Origin: Bacteroidota bacterium
Lineage (GTDB): Bacteria > Bacteroidota > Bacteroidia > AKYH767-A > 2013-40CM-41-45
Direction: 5' to 3'
Assembly (NCBI GenBank): GCA_031385005.1
Contig: JANNBB010000064.1
Span: 17,459-81,458 of the forward strand
Length of the DNA: 64,000 nt
Positions within the stretch are counted from its first letter, which is position 1. Every line of letters starts with the position of its first letter. The notes below the pieces were generated by a model. That model did not search any database, had not been told where the DNA came from, and saw nothing but the letters and a program-made list of their open reading frames with translations. A program made the position numbers and the translations under genes. Positions 46,316-56,511 of this stretch are shown here, one piece after another.

Positions 46316-47038
46316 ATGATTTTCAATAAACTTTCAATCATTATTCCTTGTTATAACGAGGAAAAAACCGTGCATCTGATACTTGAGAAAGTAAGAGGAG
46401 TGGAGTTAATTAATGGCATACAAAAGGAAATTATCATTGTAAACGACTGCTCGCGCGACAATACGGGGTTAGCAGTAGAAAATTATATTCAGCAACATAA
46501 GGAAATTGACTTTAAGGTTTACACTCATGAAGTTAACATGGGTAAAGGTGCAGCCATTCATACCGGCATTAAAAAAGCAACCGGTGATTTTCTCATTATC
46601 CAGGATGCCGATCTCGAATACGATCCAAATGAATTCAATAGTTTAATACGCCCTGTTGTCGATGGTTTCGCTGATATCGTATTTGGTTCCCGATTCATGG
46701 GCGGAAATCCACACCGTATTTTATTCTTCTGGCACTCACTTGGGAATAAATTTTTAACTGCTCTTTCCAATGCATTTACCAATCTGAATCTGACCGACAT
46801 GGAAACATGTTATAAGCTTTTCAGAACAGAAATCATTCAGCAAATTGAATTAAAAGAGAAGCGATTTGGTTTTGAACCCGAAGTAACCGCCAAAATTGCC
46901 AGAGTAAAAAATGCACGAATTTATGAGGTTGGTATTTCTTATTACGGTCGAACCTATGAGGAAGGAAAAAAAATAGGCTGGAAGGATGGCTTCCGAGCTA
47001 TCTGGTGCATATTGAAGTATAATCTCTGGAGCAGATGA
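46316..47038 (+). CDS. GT2 glycosyltransferase (polyprenol-phosphate sugar synthase-like)
   Basis: SIIIPCYNEE, VNDCS.D, NMGKGAA, IQDADLEYDP, DMETCYK and RFGFEPE. Confidence 0.93.
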   Translation: MIFNKLSIIIPCYNEEKTVHLILEKVRGVELINGIQKEIIIVNDCSRDNTGLAVENYIQQHKEIDFKVYTHEVNMGKGAAIHTGIKKATGDFLIIQDADLEYDPNEFNSLIRPVVDGFADIVFGSRFMGGNPHRILFFWHSLGNKFLTALSNAFTNLNLTDMETCYKLFRTEIIQQIELKEKRFGFEPEVTAKIARVKNARIYEVGISYYGRTYEEGKKIGWKDGFRAIWCILKYNLWSR

Positions 47039-48870
47039 AAATTGTAGAGAAAATTCTACGTTATGCAGGAGTATTTTTAATCACCATTTATCTTGCCACA
47101 TGCTTTTTCAAAGTAAATGGATTTTTCAGCAACAAGAAAAGTGAAATTATCAAAAGCGATGGACTCGGATATTATTCCTATCTACCCTCACTTTTTATAT
47201 ACGGTAATTTTACTCAGGATTTTTTGAAGAAAAATTTCGCAGATAATTACTTAGGAACAGGAATTCCGGAATATGTGCAAATGATCGATGGTAAGCCCGT
47301 AGACAAATATTTTTTCGGAACGGCTGTACTCATGTATCCTTTCTTTATGACAGCCCATTTACTTTCATTGTTTTTTCATCAGCCCGCCGATGGCTATTCT
47401 TTTTTATACCAATACTTCATGGGATTGTCTGCCATATTCTATGTGCTAATAGGAATTTTCTTTTGCGATAAACTTCTCCGGCGGTATCAAGCAACAACTT
47501 TTCAATCTATTTTCATTTGTTCCATGATTGTTTTCGCCACAAACATTTACTATTACACAGTTGTAGAACCAACCATGTCTCATGTCTATAGCTTTGCAAT
47601 GATTTCAGCTTTTCTTTATTTTTCTAAATCGTTTTTCTCAACAAAGAAATCCGGATTTATTCTTCCTGCTTTTATAGCCCTTGGTTTCATTATCATCATA
47701 CGACCATTTAATGCATTAATTGTTTTATCTCTTCCCTTCTTAGCAGGAAGTTTTGAAAATCTAAAAAGCGGAGTATTACTGCTTTTGAAAAATCGTATTC
47801 TAACTCTTACAGGGACATTGCTAACGTTTCTTATTATTTCATTACAATTTCTCATCTGGTATAAGCAATCCGGACATTTTATCGTTTATTCTTATACAAC
47901 AGAAAGGTTTTACTTCGATAAACCCAATATTCTGAACGTACTAATCAGTTACCGAAAAGGATTGTTTATTTATACGCCACTTTGTTTTCTCGGACTCTTT
48001 GGATTCATTCAAATGTTCCTTCAAAATAGATTTGCTGCAATATCTCTTTTTCTTTTCTTATTTATGCTGGTTTACATTATGGGTTGCTGGCATCAATGGT
48101 TCTATGGCGCGAGTTTTGGCTTCCGACCAATGATTGACTTCTTTTCACTTTTCACTATACTGCTTTTATTTTCCATGCAACTATTCAAAAAAATATTTTT
48201 TAAAACTATTTTCATAGCTACATGTTTTTTTCTTTTATACGTTAACCAGGTACAAGGCTATCAATACAGAACTTTCATTCTCCACTGGGACAAAATGAGT
48301 AAGTATAAATACTGGAAGGTGTTTTTAAAAACGGATGAGAAATGGATGGGGTATGTGTGGGCAAACCCGGAGCCAACTGAAATCGGAGGAGTTCCAATTC
48401 TGACTTTTGCAAACGATTTTGAAAAACCTTCTGATAATTGGGATGGTCGCTCCATTCTTCAAGTTGGAAAAGAAGCTCACTCGGGTACAACTGTCACTGC
48501 TATAAGCGATACATCTGTTTACAGCAACACATTATTTCTTAATAAAAATAAAAGAGAATTAGCTTCAGGACCGGTGTCTGTGACGGGATTTGGCTATATT
48601 AAATCTTCAGATGATTCTGTCTATGATGAAATGAAATTCACCATTACTTTCAACAATATCAATGGTGAAACATATTTTTACCTTGATCGCCCGATCGATA
48701 ATTATACGGAAAATAAAAACGGCTGGCGAAAATTTGAAATTGGTGCTTATTTAGACAAGCTGCGTTCTGATTCAGATGTAGTAAAAATTTATTTTTGGAA
48801 TCCGAAAAACAGAAAGGCCTGGATTGATGATGTTTCAATTAACATCTTTAATACTGAGCGTCCTTTTTAA
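47035..48870 (+). CDS. GT-C-like membrane glycosyltransferase with C-terminal carbohydrate-binding-like domain
   Basis: SDGLGYYSYLP, TNIYYY...EP.MSH, IIRPFN, W.YG.SFG.R.MID; overlaps the GT2 stop (ATGA). Confidence 0.7.
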   Translation: MKIVEKILRYAGVFLITIYLATCFFKVNGFFSNKKSEIIKSDGLGYYSYLPSLFIYGNFTQDFLKKNFADNYLGTGIPEYVQMIDGKPVDKYFFGTAVLMYPFFMTAHLLSLFFHQPADGYSFLYQYFMGLSAIFYVLIGIFFCDKLLRRYQATTFQSIFICSMIVFATNIYYYTVVEPTMSHVYSFAMISAFLYFSKSFFSTKKSGFILPAFIALGFIIIIRPFNALIVLSLPFLAGSFENLKSGVLLLLKNRILTLTGTLLTFLIISLQFLIWYKQSGHFIVYSYTTERFYFDKPNILNVLISYRKGLFIYTPLCFLGLFGFIQMFLQNRFAAISLFLFLFMLVYIMGCWHQWFYGASFGFRPMIDFFSLFTILLLFSMQLFKKIFFKTIFIATCFFLLYVNQVQGYQYRTFILHWDKMSKYKYWKVFLKTDEKWMGYVWANPEPTEIGGVPILTFANDFEKPSDNWDGRSILQVGKEAHSGTTVTAISDTSVYSNTLFLNKNKRELASGPVSVTGFGYIKSSDDSVYDEMKFTITFNNINGETYFYLDRPIDNYTENKNGWRKFEIGAYLDKLRSDSDVVKIYFWNPKNRKAWIDDVSINIFNTERPF

Positions 48871-48927
48871 TTATTTTTACTCTGAAGGATATTTTTTTAA
48901 CGCAGTGTTAAAATAAGCAAAAAAGAT

Positions 48928-49530
48928 TTATTTATTTATTTTTGCACTATAACCCCAAAAGGAAAGTTTCAAATTATCAACAAAAAGATTTTCTTTGTTT
49001 TTATTCCAGGCGTAAATTTTAAGAGCGTTTTTAGGCAAAAGAAATTCTTGTTGAATTTTAATGTGAAAGTTGAAGTTCTCCCAGTTTTCTGAAATTGGCA
49101 ACACTCCACTCGACTCCCAACTAAGTACCTTACCACTATCAGAAACAATTTCAACCACCCACAAAACAGGGCTGCTCATTTTCTTTTTTCTTAGGCCCAT
49201 CAAATTTATTTCAACTTCACGGAAATAAGAAAAATTTGGAATGGAAGAAATATTGACAAGGTATTCGGAATCATATTCTTTTTTCGGAGTTATTTTTAAA
49301 CTTCTCTTTCCTGAAAAGGCAATTTCTTCAGTTGTATTAAAGCTTCCTGATTCAAAGTCAAAGGTGTTTTGTTTAATGATTACTAATTTTGTTGTATCTA
49401 TTTCCCGAATTTCTTCAATAGGTTGAAACGTTATTTTTCCCGAAAAACTTTTTTTGTAAAAGTGATAGCCGGAGTAAACATAGAAAAGAGCTAACCCGAC
49501 TAAAAAAAGAAGTAGTATTCGTTTTACCAT
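48928..49530 (-). CDS. Membrane-anchored stand-alone carbohydrate-binding-like domain protein
   Basis: N-terminal TM, then FDFE...AFSG and LKIYAWN......VDNL, matching the C-terminal domains of the two GT-C genes. Confidence 0.65.
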   Translation of the reverse strand: MVKRILLLFLVGLALFYVYSGYHFYKKSFSGKITFQPIEEIREIDTTKLVIIKQNTFDFESGSFNTTEEIAFSGKRSLKITPKKEYDSEYLVNISSIPNFSYFREVEINLMGLRKKKMSSPVLWVVEIVSDSGKVLSWESSGVLPISENWENFNFHIKIQQEFLLPKNALKIYAWNKNKENLFVDNLKLSFWGYSAKINK

Positions 49531-49549
49531 TGAGAATCAGGGAGTATTA

Positions 49550-50548
49550 TTAAATGCTGTTTAAATCTTTTAGCCATGCTTCAACCAAGGGCATTTCTTG
49601 TTTGCCGATAAAATTATTATCAGTCAACATTTTGTAACAACGAATAATATTCTCAGCCATATTGCTTTCTCCGTTCTTTAAGTCCAGATTCTCAAGCATG
49701 CTGCAGATGTTAAAATTATTCAAATAGCCGGGAACTTCGTCTTCGAAATCTTTTATTAAAGAATGCTCATTCCTTTCTTGCCAAACAGTAGCATTGTGAA
49801 AAAGAACAGGCCAGTCGCAAGTCCAGGCAATGCGTTGTGCAATAAAACTTCTCCAAATGTCTGTCATGCGAAAACTGCAAAAGGAGGGAAGGTATAACAA
49901 AGGAAAAGCAACTTTGAACCACGTTGTATTCTGACTGTTAAACGGACACCACGAATTTTTTCCAAGGGCAATAGGCATCCTTCTGTTAAAATCGATAGGC
50001 AACTTCATTGTCATACGGTAAACGGCATCCACATCCGGATTTTCGTCTGCCAGTCCTTGCTGAATAGGCGAAAACAATTCTTCTACCGGATTTTGCAGAG
50101 GAGTTAAGGGAAGCGACAAATGTTCAAGTGGAAATCCGCGGGGCCATATTTTCTCTTCGGAAAAATATCCGTAAACATTAGTCCAGCCATTGTTTTGTAT
50201 AGAATCAGAAACAGCAAGCTGAGAACGTGGCTGCCAAAACTCTTCTCTTGGAAAATTATCATCGTCACTTTCCAAAATCACATCTTGATTGGCAGCGAGT
50301 AAGTATCCTATATTTTTTCTCGAGTAATGCTTTTCGGGAAGAATTCGGGCAAGGGAAAAATTTAGCTTTCTCTGCTCTTCGATGGAATAAAATTTGCATC
50401 CTTCCAGTTTAAAACCGGTTGGAGATTTGGTGTCCCCGATAACAATAAAGTCGATGTTTCTTTTTAGGCATCCATCAGCAAACATTTTCATCGCTGCATT
50501 GGGCGAAGAGATGGATGTAATAATTAAAGAGGTTTTTAAAAATGTCAT
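49550..50548 (-). CDS. STELLO / DUF288 family putative glycosyltransferase
   Basis: VIGDTKSP, YSRKNIGYL, ESDDDN, WPRGFPL, QQGLADENPDVDA.YR, NSQNT and FRMTDIWR. Confidence 0.85.
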   Translation of the reverse strand: MTFLKTSLIITSISSPNAAMKMFADGCLKRNIDFIVIGDTKSPTGFKLEGCKFYSIEEQRKLNFSLARILPEKHYSRKNIGYLLAANQDVILESDDDNFPREEFWQPRSQLAVSDSIQNNGWTNVYGYFSEEKIWPRGFPLEHLSLPLTPLQNPVEELFSPIQQGLADENPDVDAVYRMTMKLPIDFNRRMPIALGKNSWCPFNSQNTTWFKVAFPLLYLPSFCSFRMTDIWRSFIAQRIAWTCDWPVLFHNATVWQERNEHSLIKDFEDEVPGYLNNFNICSMLENLDLKNGESNMAENIIRCYKMLTDNNFIGKQEMPLVEAWLKDLNSI

Positions 50549-51279
50549 TAGAGTGAGATTGGTCGAAAAGTTATTCTACGCCAAAAATAATACAATAAAC
50601 ATTCAATCGAATTAATAATTGCATTTTTGGAGACTCGAGGAGATGGTGCTTTATAATGAATAGGAATTTCAATGCTTTTATATTTCCTTAAAAGGTATTT
50701 TATTTCAGTCTGATAAAAATGTGCTTTTGAACGTAGGGGTTTAGCAGTAAACAATTCAACAATATTTCGGTGAAATCCCTGATATCCGGATGTCATATCG
50801 TGCAAACTGCTACCCAGTAGAATATTCGACAGAATAGTACCGATTTTAGATAGGGATTGCCGCTTAGCAGGAGAGTCACCCATCGATCCACCTTTGATAA
50901 AACGGCTTCCATAAACGCAAGAATAACCCTGCGAAAGAAATTTCAAAAACTTGGGAAGTTCTACCGGATCGTGCGACATGCCCGCATCCATTTCAATAAT
51001 ATATTGTGCATTCGTCTTCAACGCTTCTTTATAACCACGAATATATGCATCGACAACATTTTTATTCTCAGGAGCCCAAACGTTATGAAATCGTTTGTCG
51101 CTCTCGCTCAACGACTGACACAATTGTAGTGTTTTGTCTCTTGATGCATTATCAACAACAAGGAATACAGAAACACCGGGTAAATTATCGATTGAGTTTT
51201 TTAATGCATGAATGAAGATATCGAAATCGGTTTCTTCATTAGCCATTGGAATTAATAAAGCCCAGGGTTGCTGTGACAT
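50548..51279 (-). CDS. GT2 glycosyltransferase (polyprenol monophosphomannose synthase-like)
   Basis: Start MSQQPW preferred; LLIPMANEE, VDNASRD, EMDAGMSHDP, GSRFIKGG and DMTSGY. Confidence 0.88.
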   Translation of the reverse strand: MSQQPWALLIPMANEETDFDIFIHALKNSIDNLPGVSVFLVVDNASRDKTLQLCQSLSESDKRFHNVWAPENKNVVDAYIRGYKEALKTNAQYIIEMDAGMSHDPVELPKFLKFLSQGYSCVYGSRFIKGGSMGDSPAKRQSLSKIGTILSNILLGSSLHDMTSGYQGFHRNIVELFTAKPLRSKAHFYQTEIKYLLRKYKSIEIPIHYKAPSPRVSKNAIINSIECLLYYFWRRITFRPISL

Positions 51280-51418
51280 ATCAATATAAAAAATTGGATT
51301 GCAAGGTAATAAAATGAGCATGAAAGTCCATTGTTATTAGCTGCAAAAACAGAATAATCTGACAGTGAACGTCAAATATTTAAGGTTGTTTATGCTTCCA
51401 AAAATAGCGAATTAAAAC

Positions 51419-53149
51419 TCAGGCAATCACCGGAATGGCATCAATAAGCCGTTTTGTATAATCTGATTTGGGAGAAGCATAAATTTCATCGGGATCGCCC
51501 ATCTCTTCGATCTTACCTTTGTTCATTACAATCATTCGATCGCTCATAAATTTTACGACTGAAAGATCGTGTGAAATAAAAATGCTGGTGAAATTTAAAT
51601 CGCGCTTCAACGTATTGAGTAGATTTAATATTTGTGCCTGAATGGAGACATCAAGAGCGGAAACGGATTCATCGCAGATAATAAATTCAGGTTGCAATGC
51701 TAATGCTCTTGCAATACATATGCGTTGACGTTGTCCACCGCTGAATTCATGCGGATACCGGTTGAAATGTTCCGCTTTCATGTTTACACGTTCAAGCAAT
51801 TCAAAAACTTTTTGTTTGCGATTACCGGGAAATAGGCCATGCACTTTCATCGGTTCCAAAATAGCGTTTCCGATTGTCATTCGCGGATTGAGTGAAGAGT
51901 AAGGGTCCTGAAAAATAATCTGAATGTGTTTACGCATGTGGCGGAGTTCACTGCCATATAAAGATGAAAAATCCTGTCCTTTGAAAACAACTTTTCCTGC
52001 AGTGGGTTCAATCAACCGAATGATGGCTCGGCCAAGTGTCGTCTTTCCGCAACCTGATTCCCCGACCAGTCCCAATGTTTCACCCGGATAAACATCAAAG
52101 CTGACATCATCCACAGCGCGAACATGGTCTTTTACTTTACTGAAGATTCCTTTGCGTATCGGGAAATGTACCTGGACATTCTTCACCTGAAGTATGGGAC
52201 TTTTTGCGAAAAGAATTTTGTGATGAGCTTGTGTTTCATCTCTATGAATTTCATTTGAAAGATTGACAACGGAACTTTTGATTTCGGTAATGGCACCATC
52301 CTCATTTTCCTGCATGAAGTCGCGTACGGTTGGTAATATGCGCAAGCGTTTATTCAACGGTGGACGGCAAGCGAGGAGGCCTTTCGTATAAGGGTGTTCC
52401 GGACGTTGGAAAATATCATTCACTTTTCCCGACTCCACAATTTTTCCTTTATACATGACAACAACGTGATCGGCAATTTCGGCAACGACACCTAAATCAT
52501 GTGTGATGAAGAGCATGCCTGTATTATTTTCCTGTTGAAGTTTTCGCATCAACTCTAAAATGGTGGATTGCACAGTAACATCGAGAGCTGTTGTCGGTTC
52601 GTCGGCGATGAGAATGGAGGGATTGCAGCTCATGGCCATGGCAATCATGACCCGCTGTTTTTGTCCGCCCGATATCTGATGTGGAAAAGCATCATACATC
52701 TGATCCGGTCGTGGCAGTTTTACTTTTTCGAAAAGTGCGATTGTTTTTTCTTTAGCTTCGCGCTTGCTAAGTTTTTTGTGAAGTATGAGTGCTTCGGCGA
52801 CCTGATTGCCGCAGGAGAAAACAGGATTCAGAGACGTCATCGGCTCCTGAAAGATCATGGCGATTTCATTGCCGCGGTAACGGCGCATTTCTTTCAAGGG
52901 AAGATTGGTGAGGTTGACGGGAGCATTTCCTGTGGGGTCAAAAATTACATCTCCCGAAATTTTTCCGGCGGATGCAAGGAGTCGCATGATGGAAAGGGAG
53001 GTGACAGATTTTCCGGAACCGGATTCTCCTACGATGCCGACGGTTTCACCTTTGTTCAGTGAAAAATTGATGCCATTGACGGCATGCACAGGACCGTCTT
53101 CTGTATCGAAGGATACGTTCAGGTTTTTTACTTCAAGCAGCGATGACAT
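51419..53149 (-). CDS. Peptide-type ABC transporter ATP-binding protein with two fused ATPase domains
   Basis: Two GESG.GK Walker A motifs, SGGQKQR and SGGQRQR signatures, and DEPTT/DESVS Walker B motifs. Confidence 0.95.
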   Translation of the reverse strand: MSSLLEVKNLNVSFDTEDGPVHAVNGINFSLNKGETVGIVGESGSGKSVTSLSIMRLLASAGKISGDVIFDPTGNAPVNLTNLPLKEMRRYRGNEIAMIFQEPMTSLNPVFSCGNQVAEALILHKKLSKREAKEKTIALFEKVKLPRPDQMYDAFPHQISGGQKQRVMIAMAMSCNPSILIADEPTTALDVTVQSTILELMRKLQQENNTGMLFITHDLGVVAEIADHVVVMYKGKIVESGKVNDIFQRPEHPYTKGLLACRPPLNKRLRILPTVRDFMQENEDGAITEIKSSVVNLSNEIHRDETQAHHKILFAKSPILQVKNVQVHFPIRKGIFSKVKDHVRAVDDVSFDVYPGETLGLVGESGCGKTTLGRAIIRLIEPTAGKVVFKGQDFSSLYGSELRHMRKHIQIIFQDPYSSLNPRMTIGNAILEPMKVHGLFPGNRKQKVFELLERVNMKAEHFNRYPHEFSGGQRQRICIARALALQPEFIICDESVSALDVSIQAQILNLLNTLKRDLNFTSIFISHDLSVVKFMSDRMIVMNKGKIEEMGDPDEIYASPKSDYTKRLIDAIPVIA

Positions 53150-53243
53150 GGTGGTAAAGATAAAAGGAGAATTGAGATGGAGAAATCTATTCTATCTTTT
53201 TTCATTAACATTCGATGGTTTACCTTTTCTCTCCGCTAGAGAC

Positions 53244-53954
53244 CTATACAATTTCGATTTCTTCGTCGGAGATTAGCGGTTCGCAGCGGAATTTTCGTAA
53301 AATCTGAGCAACAGTGAGTACATCTTTCTGGCAATAGGTAACGATACGTTCGATGTTTTTATCTTCCCAGTATACCTGCCACACCCTGCTTCCATCTATG
53401 TCGTCTTTCGGGGTTGGAATGCCGAGGATAAGGGCGAGCAGATTTAAGGACGTATAGGATTTATAATCGCCAAACTTCCACAGTTCCATTGTATCGAGGT
53501 GCGATACTTCCCACGGTTTCTTTCCAGCCGTATCCAGGATTGCCGGCATGGGAAGCTGGTTGATAATGATCCTGCGGCTCAGATAAGGAAAATCAAATTC
53601 TTTTCCATTGTGTGCGCAAAGAAATTTATCGGGAGTAGAGAATGATTTTTTCAAGACGACAGAGAAATCACTCAACAGTTGTTTTTCATCGTGACCGAAA
53701 AAAGATTTTATCCGAAAAACATTTTCTGCATTGAAATATCCGCACGAAATGCAAATTATTTTCCCGAATTCAGCATAGATTCCCGCACGGTGGTAGCTAT
53801 CGTTTACAGATTCTTCAGGATCTTTACGTAAGGTTCCAAACTTTTTCTCCCACAATTCCGCAAAAGCAGCAGGAACTTCTTCGAATGTTGAATACTGCGG
53901 AACAGTCTCTATATCGAGAAAGAGTATGTTTTTTAGGTTTAAGTTTTCAAGCAT
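53244..53954 (-). CDS. Predicted 3'-5' exonuclease (PolB/DnaQ-like)
   Basis: FLDIETVP, HNGKEFDFP, HLDTMELW and YCQKDV. Confidence 0.88.
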   Translation of the reverse strand: MLENLNLKNILFLDIETVPQYSTFEEVPAAFAELWEKKFGTLRKDPEESVNDSYHRAGIYAEFGKIICISCGYFNAENVFRIKSFFGHDEKQLLSDFSVVLKKSFSTPDKFLCAHNGKEFDFPYLSRRIIINQLPMPAILDTAGKKPWEVSHLDTMELWKFGDYKSYTSLNLLALILGIPTPKDDIDGSRVWQVYWEDKNIERIVTYCQKDVLTVAQILRKFRCEPLISDEEIEIV

Positions 53955-54184
53955 ATAAATAATTATTGTGTACTCAGTTCATACCTTCGACATCTCTGTG
54001 GTTTAAAACTATTAGTTGTACAAATATCGAGAGAGGTGTTTCACCCCAGAGTACAAAAGGACAAGATAACAATTAACGATATTTTTAATAAAGATAAATA
54101 AAACTGTCGTTCACTTATGCTAATATAATAGGGGAAATAAATTGTCAAGATAAAATATTTTTAAGCTAACGCTGAATTACATCC

Positions 54185-54225
54185 ATTAACAAATTAACGA
54201 ATCAGCTAATTAACAAATTAAGCAA
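54185..54225 (-). repeat. Family B repeat, solo copy just after a stop codon
   Basis: 54196-54220 matches 43227-43251 at 24/25 positions. Confidence 0.75.
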
Positions 54226-54642
54226 TCAGCGTATCATCACCCCGCGCTTTTTAAGCACAGGTATCAGTGTCAGGTTTTCTTCTTTAATCGTTTCGGGCAA
54301 GAAGACATATTTTTTGTCGTAAATATTTTTACCGATGTAAAAACTGACCCAGAATTCATTGCTCAATCCAAAAAGGTTATCCATGATCGGTTCAATCTTC
54401 GCATAATCCTGTGCATCGATATTACCGATTAGGTGACGCAGCACACTCGTCTTTACTTCGCGCCCTTCAAAACTGCCATAACCTTTTGAACTCACAAGGA
54501 CATTGTGAATCTGCTGATCATAAAGATTGATCACATAAGCATTCCAAATCGGTTCGCCTTCTTCATTCAGTTCACGAACGATGGCTACTGCCAGATTCTC
54601 TACTTCAAGTTTTGGAATATCTTTTAGCATAATTGTTAGCAA
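54226..54642 (-). CDS. Conserved hypothetical protein
   Basis: MLKDIP..EVE..A.AIV, W..Y.IN, VLVSSKGYG, TS.LRH, NE.WVSF...IYDKKY.FLP, a family I recognise as common in Bacteroidota. Confidence 0.8.
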   Translation of the reverse strand: MLTIMLKDIPKLEVENLAVAIVRELNEEGEPIWNAYVINLYDQQIHNVLVSSKGYGSFEGREVKTSVLRHLIGNIDAQDYAKIEPIMDNLFGLSNEFWVSFYIGKNIYDKKYVFLPETIKEENLTLIPVLKKRGVMIR

Positions 54643-54666
54643 AGATAATGGAAATACAATTTGAAA

Positions 54667-55857
54667 TTATTGATCTTTTCCAAAAGCACTTAATACTCCT
54701 TCTGTATAGGCGATCATATCTGTATAATGATTACCCGATGTCTTTTCGCCCCGCTGTTTCCCGAGCCGCACAATTACAATCCTTTCATCCGGAATAACAA
54801 TTATATACTGTCCGTAAATCCCTCGGGCATAAAAGATTGAATGCGTTCCAAGGGTCATCAGCCACCAGTGAAATCCATAATAATCAACCTGCTTGCCTGA
54901 GTCGTCTATGCAGTTAATTGGCGAAAGCGATTCTTTTACGAATTCATAAGGAACCAGATTTTTACCATTCCATCTTCCTGTGTCCATATATAACTTGCCG
55001 ACTTTCGCAAAGTCCCTGGCAGAAGAATAAAAACAGCAATAAGATTTTTCCAGCCCTTCAAAATGATCGAGCGACCAATAGGCGGGTTGAGTAGCTCCCA
55101 GAGGCGTCCAGAGTTTTTGTGCGGCATAATCTGAAATACTCATTCCTGATGTTTCTGCAATAATCATTGAAAGAAGAACGGTATTGCAACTCATGTAGCG
55201 GAAAGTTTTTCCCGGTTCTTCGACAACTTTTAAGTGCGTAACAAGGTTTTTTAGTTTATTACCATAATAGGCCTCTGTTGTTTGAGAAAATAAACTGGAG
55301 TAACTCTCATTCCAGTTCAATCCGGAACTCATCATCAGCAGATGACGCACTTTTAATTTCCCATTCTCACCTTCATTAAACTCAGGAATAAATTTTCCAA
55401 CAGAATCGTCTAATGAAAGCAATCCATCACCTATGGCAATTCCTGTAAGAATACCGACGATGCTTTTCGCAACAGAAAACGAATTACTGAATGACTGATC
55501 ATTGTAACTGTCACTATAACGCTCGTATGCAATTGAGTCATCTTTGATAACGAGAAAAGCAACGGTCTCGTATTTTATTATTGCACTATCCAATTTAGCC
55601 GGAATAATTGTTTTGTTGTAATTAACAGATAAAGGCCACGGCCGGGGATCGCTATCTTTTACAATGCGTGTGTCGAAAATATTTATGTCGTCTATATCCG
55701 GATACGTATAGATTAGTGTTTTATAGATGTAGCTATATCCGGAAATCCAGATGGCTATCATCGAGCTGATGATCATTATTATGACCGTCCACAATAATTT
55801 TAACCAGAATCTGTTTGCCGAAATGGGTTGTTTTTCTGACATGTTTGCAAAATACAA
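54667..55857 (-). CDS. Serine hydrolase, class C beta-lactamase / NylB-like
   Basis: SFSVAKS (SxxK), HLLMMSSGL, F.Y.S.NT and YGFHWW. Confidence 0.88.
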   Translation of the reverse strand: MYFANMSEKQPISANRFWLKLLWTVIIMIISSMIAIWISGYSYIYKTLIYTYPDIDDINIFDTRIVKDSDPRPWPLSVNYNKTIIPAKLDSAIIKYETVAFLVIKDDSIAYERYSDSYNDQSFSNSFSVAKSIVGILTGIAIGDGLLSLDDSVGKFIPEFNEGENGKLKVRHLLMMSSGLNWNESYSSLFSQTTEAYYGNKLKNLVTHLKVVEEPGKTFRYMSCNTVLLSMIIAETSGMSISDYAAQKLWTPLGATQPAYWSLDHFEGLEKSYCCFYSSARDFAKVGKLYMDTGRWNGKNLVPYEFVKESLSPINCIDDSGKQVDYYGFHWWLMTLGTHSIFYARGIYGQYIIVIPDERIVIVRLGKQRGEKTSGNHYTDMIAYTEGVLSAFGKDQ

Positions 55858-56024
55858 TGAATTGTGAAATTAAAGACAGTTATGAAAACATCTTATGAAT
55901 AGAGGAAAGTGAAAAACACTCGCAAACAAGTTGTAAAGGAATGCTTAATTTTTTACCTTTTAGTATAATACCATTTAGTATAATATTATGTGACCGCATC
56001 ATCAGAAAATAAATTTTCATTAAA

Positions 56025-56245
56025 ATGAAGGACTCACCGTTTATTTATGGGACAACAGTAAGTGCCCACTCATTTACAAACAGGGAAACAGAAGTCGCTA
56101 AACTGAATGGTAATTTGCTGAACGGTATCAACACGACCATTATATCTCTCAGAGGGTAGAGAAAATCATCGTGGGTGGAGAAGGTAATAGCGGAAATTAA
56201 TAAACAAGAAAAGAAAACGAAGACGGTACTAATCGACCCGTATAC
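56025..56245 (+). pseudogene. Fragment of an ATP-binding (AAA/archaeal ATPase-like) protein gene
   Basis: Not in the ORF track. Reads MKDSPFIYGTTVSAHSFTNRETEVAKLNGNLLNGINTTIISLRG*RKSSWVEKV. TAG at 56157-59 falls in a degraded Walker A (expected SPRRxGKSS). No intact continuation. Confidence 0.7.
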
Positions 56246-56511
56246 AGATTTCTGTCATCTAAATTGAACTTTGTGGCTTGTTCGGCGATGCACTCCAGTT
56301 GCGAAGAAATTCAATTTAACCTTTCCTGATATGTTGGGCATTCTTATCTTCAACCTTTAAAATCAATTCTCGATTTTTATTGAAAAAAATTATTAATTCG
56401 ATTATTCAGATTTTTGTAAGATTTCGACGGTCATATTACTTTTACTTTATTAATATACGGTATCTTTGAGAAAACTTTCACAAATACAATTCACCGGTTA
56501 AACGCAACGAA

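Noticed and set aside
17383-56159. TAG reassignment or read-through (two in-frame TAGs at likely Trp positions)
   Set aside because: TAG is the true stop of several intact genes here (ending at 2712, 15888, 41866, 46076 and 60717), the third pseudogene uses TAA, and no suppressor tRNA or pyl genes are seen. Simple G-to-A decay explains it.
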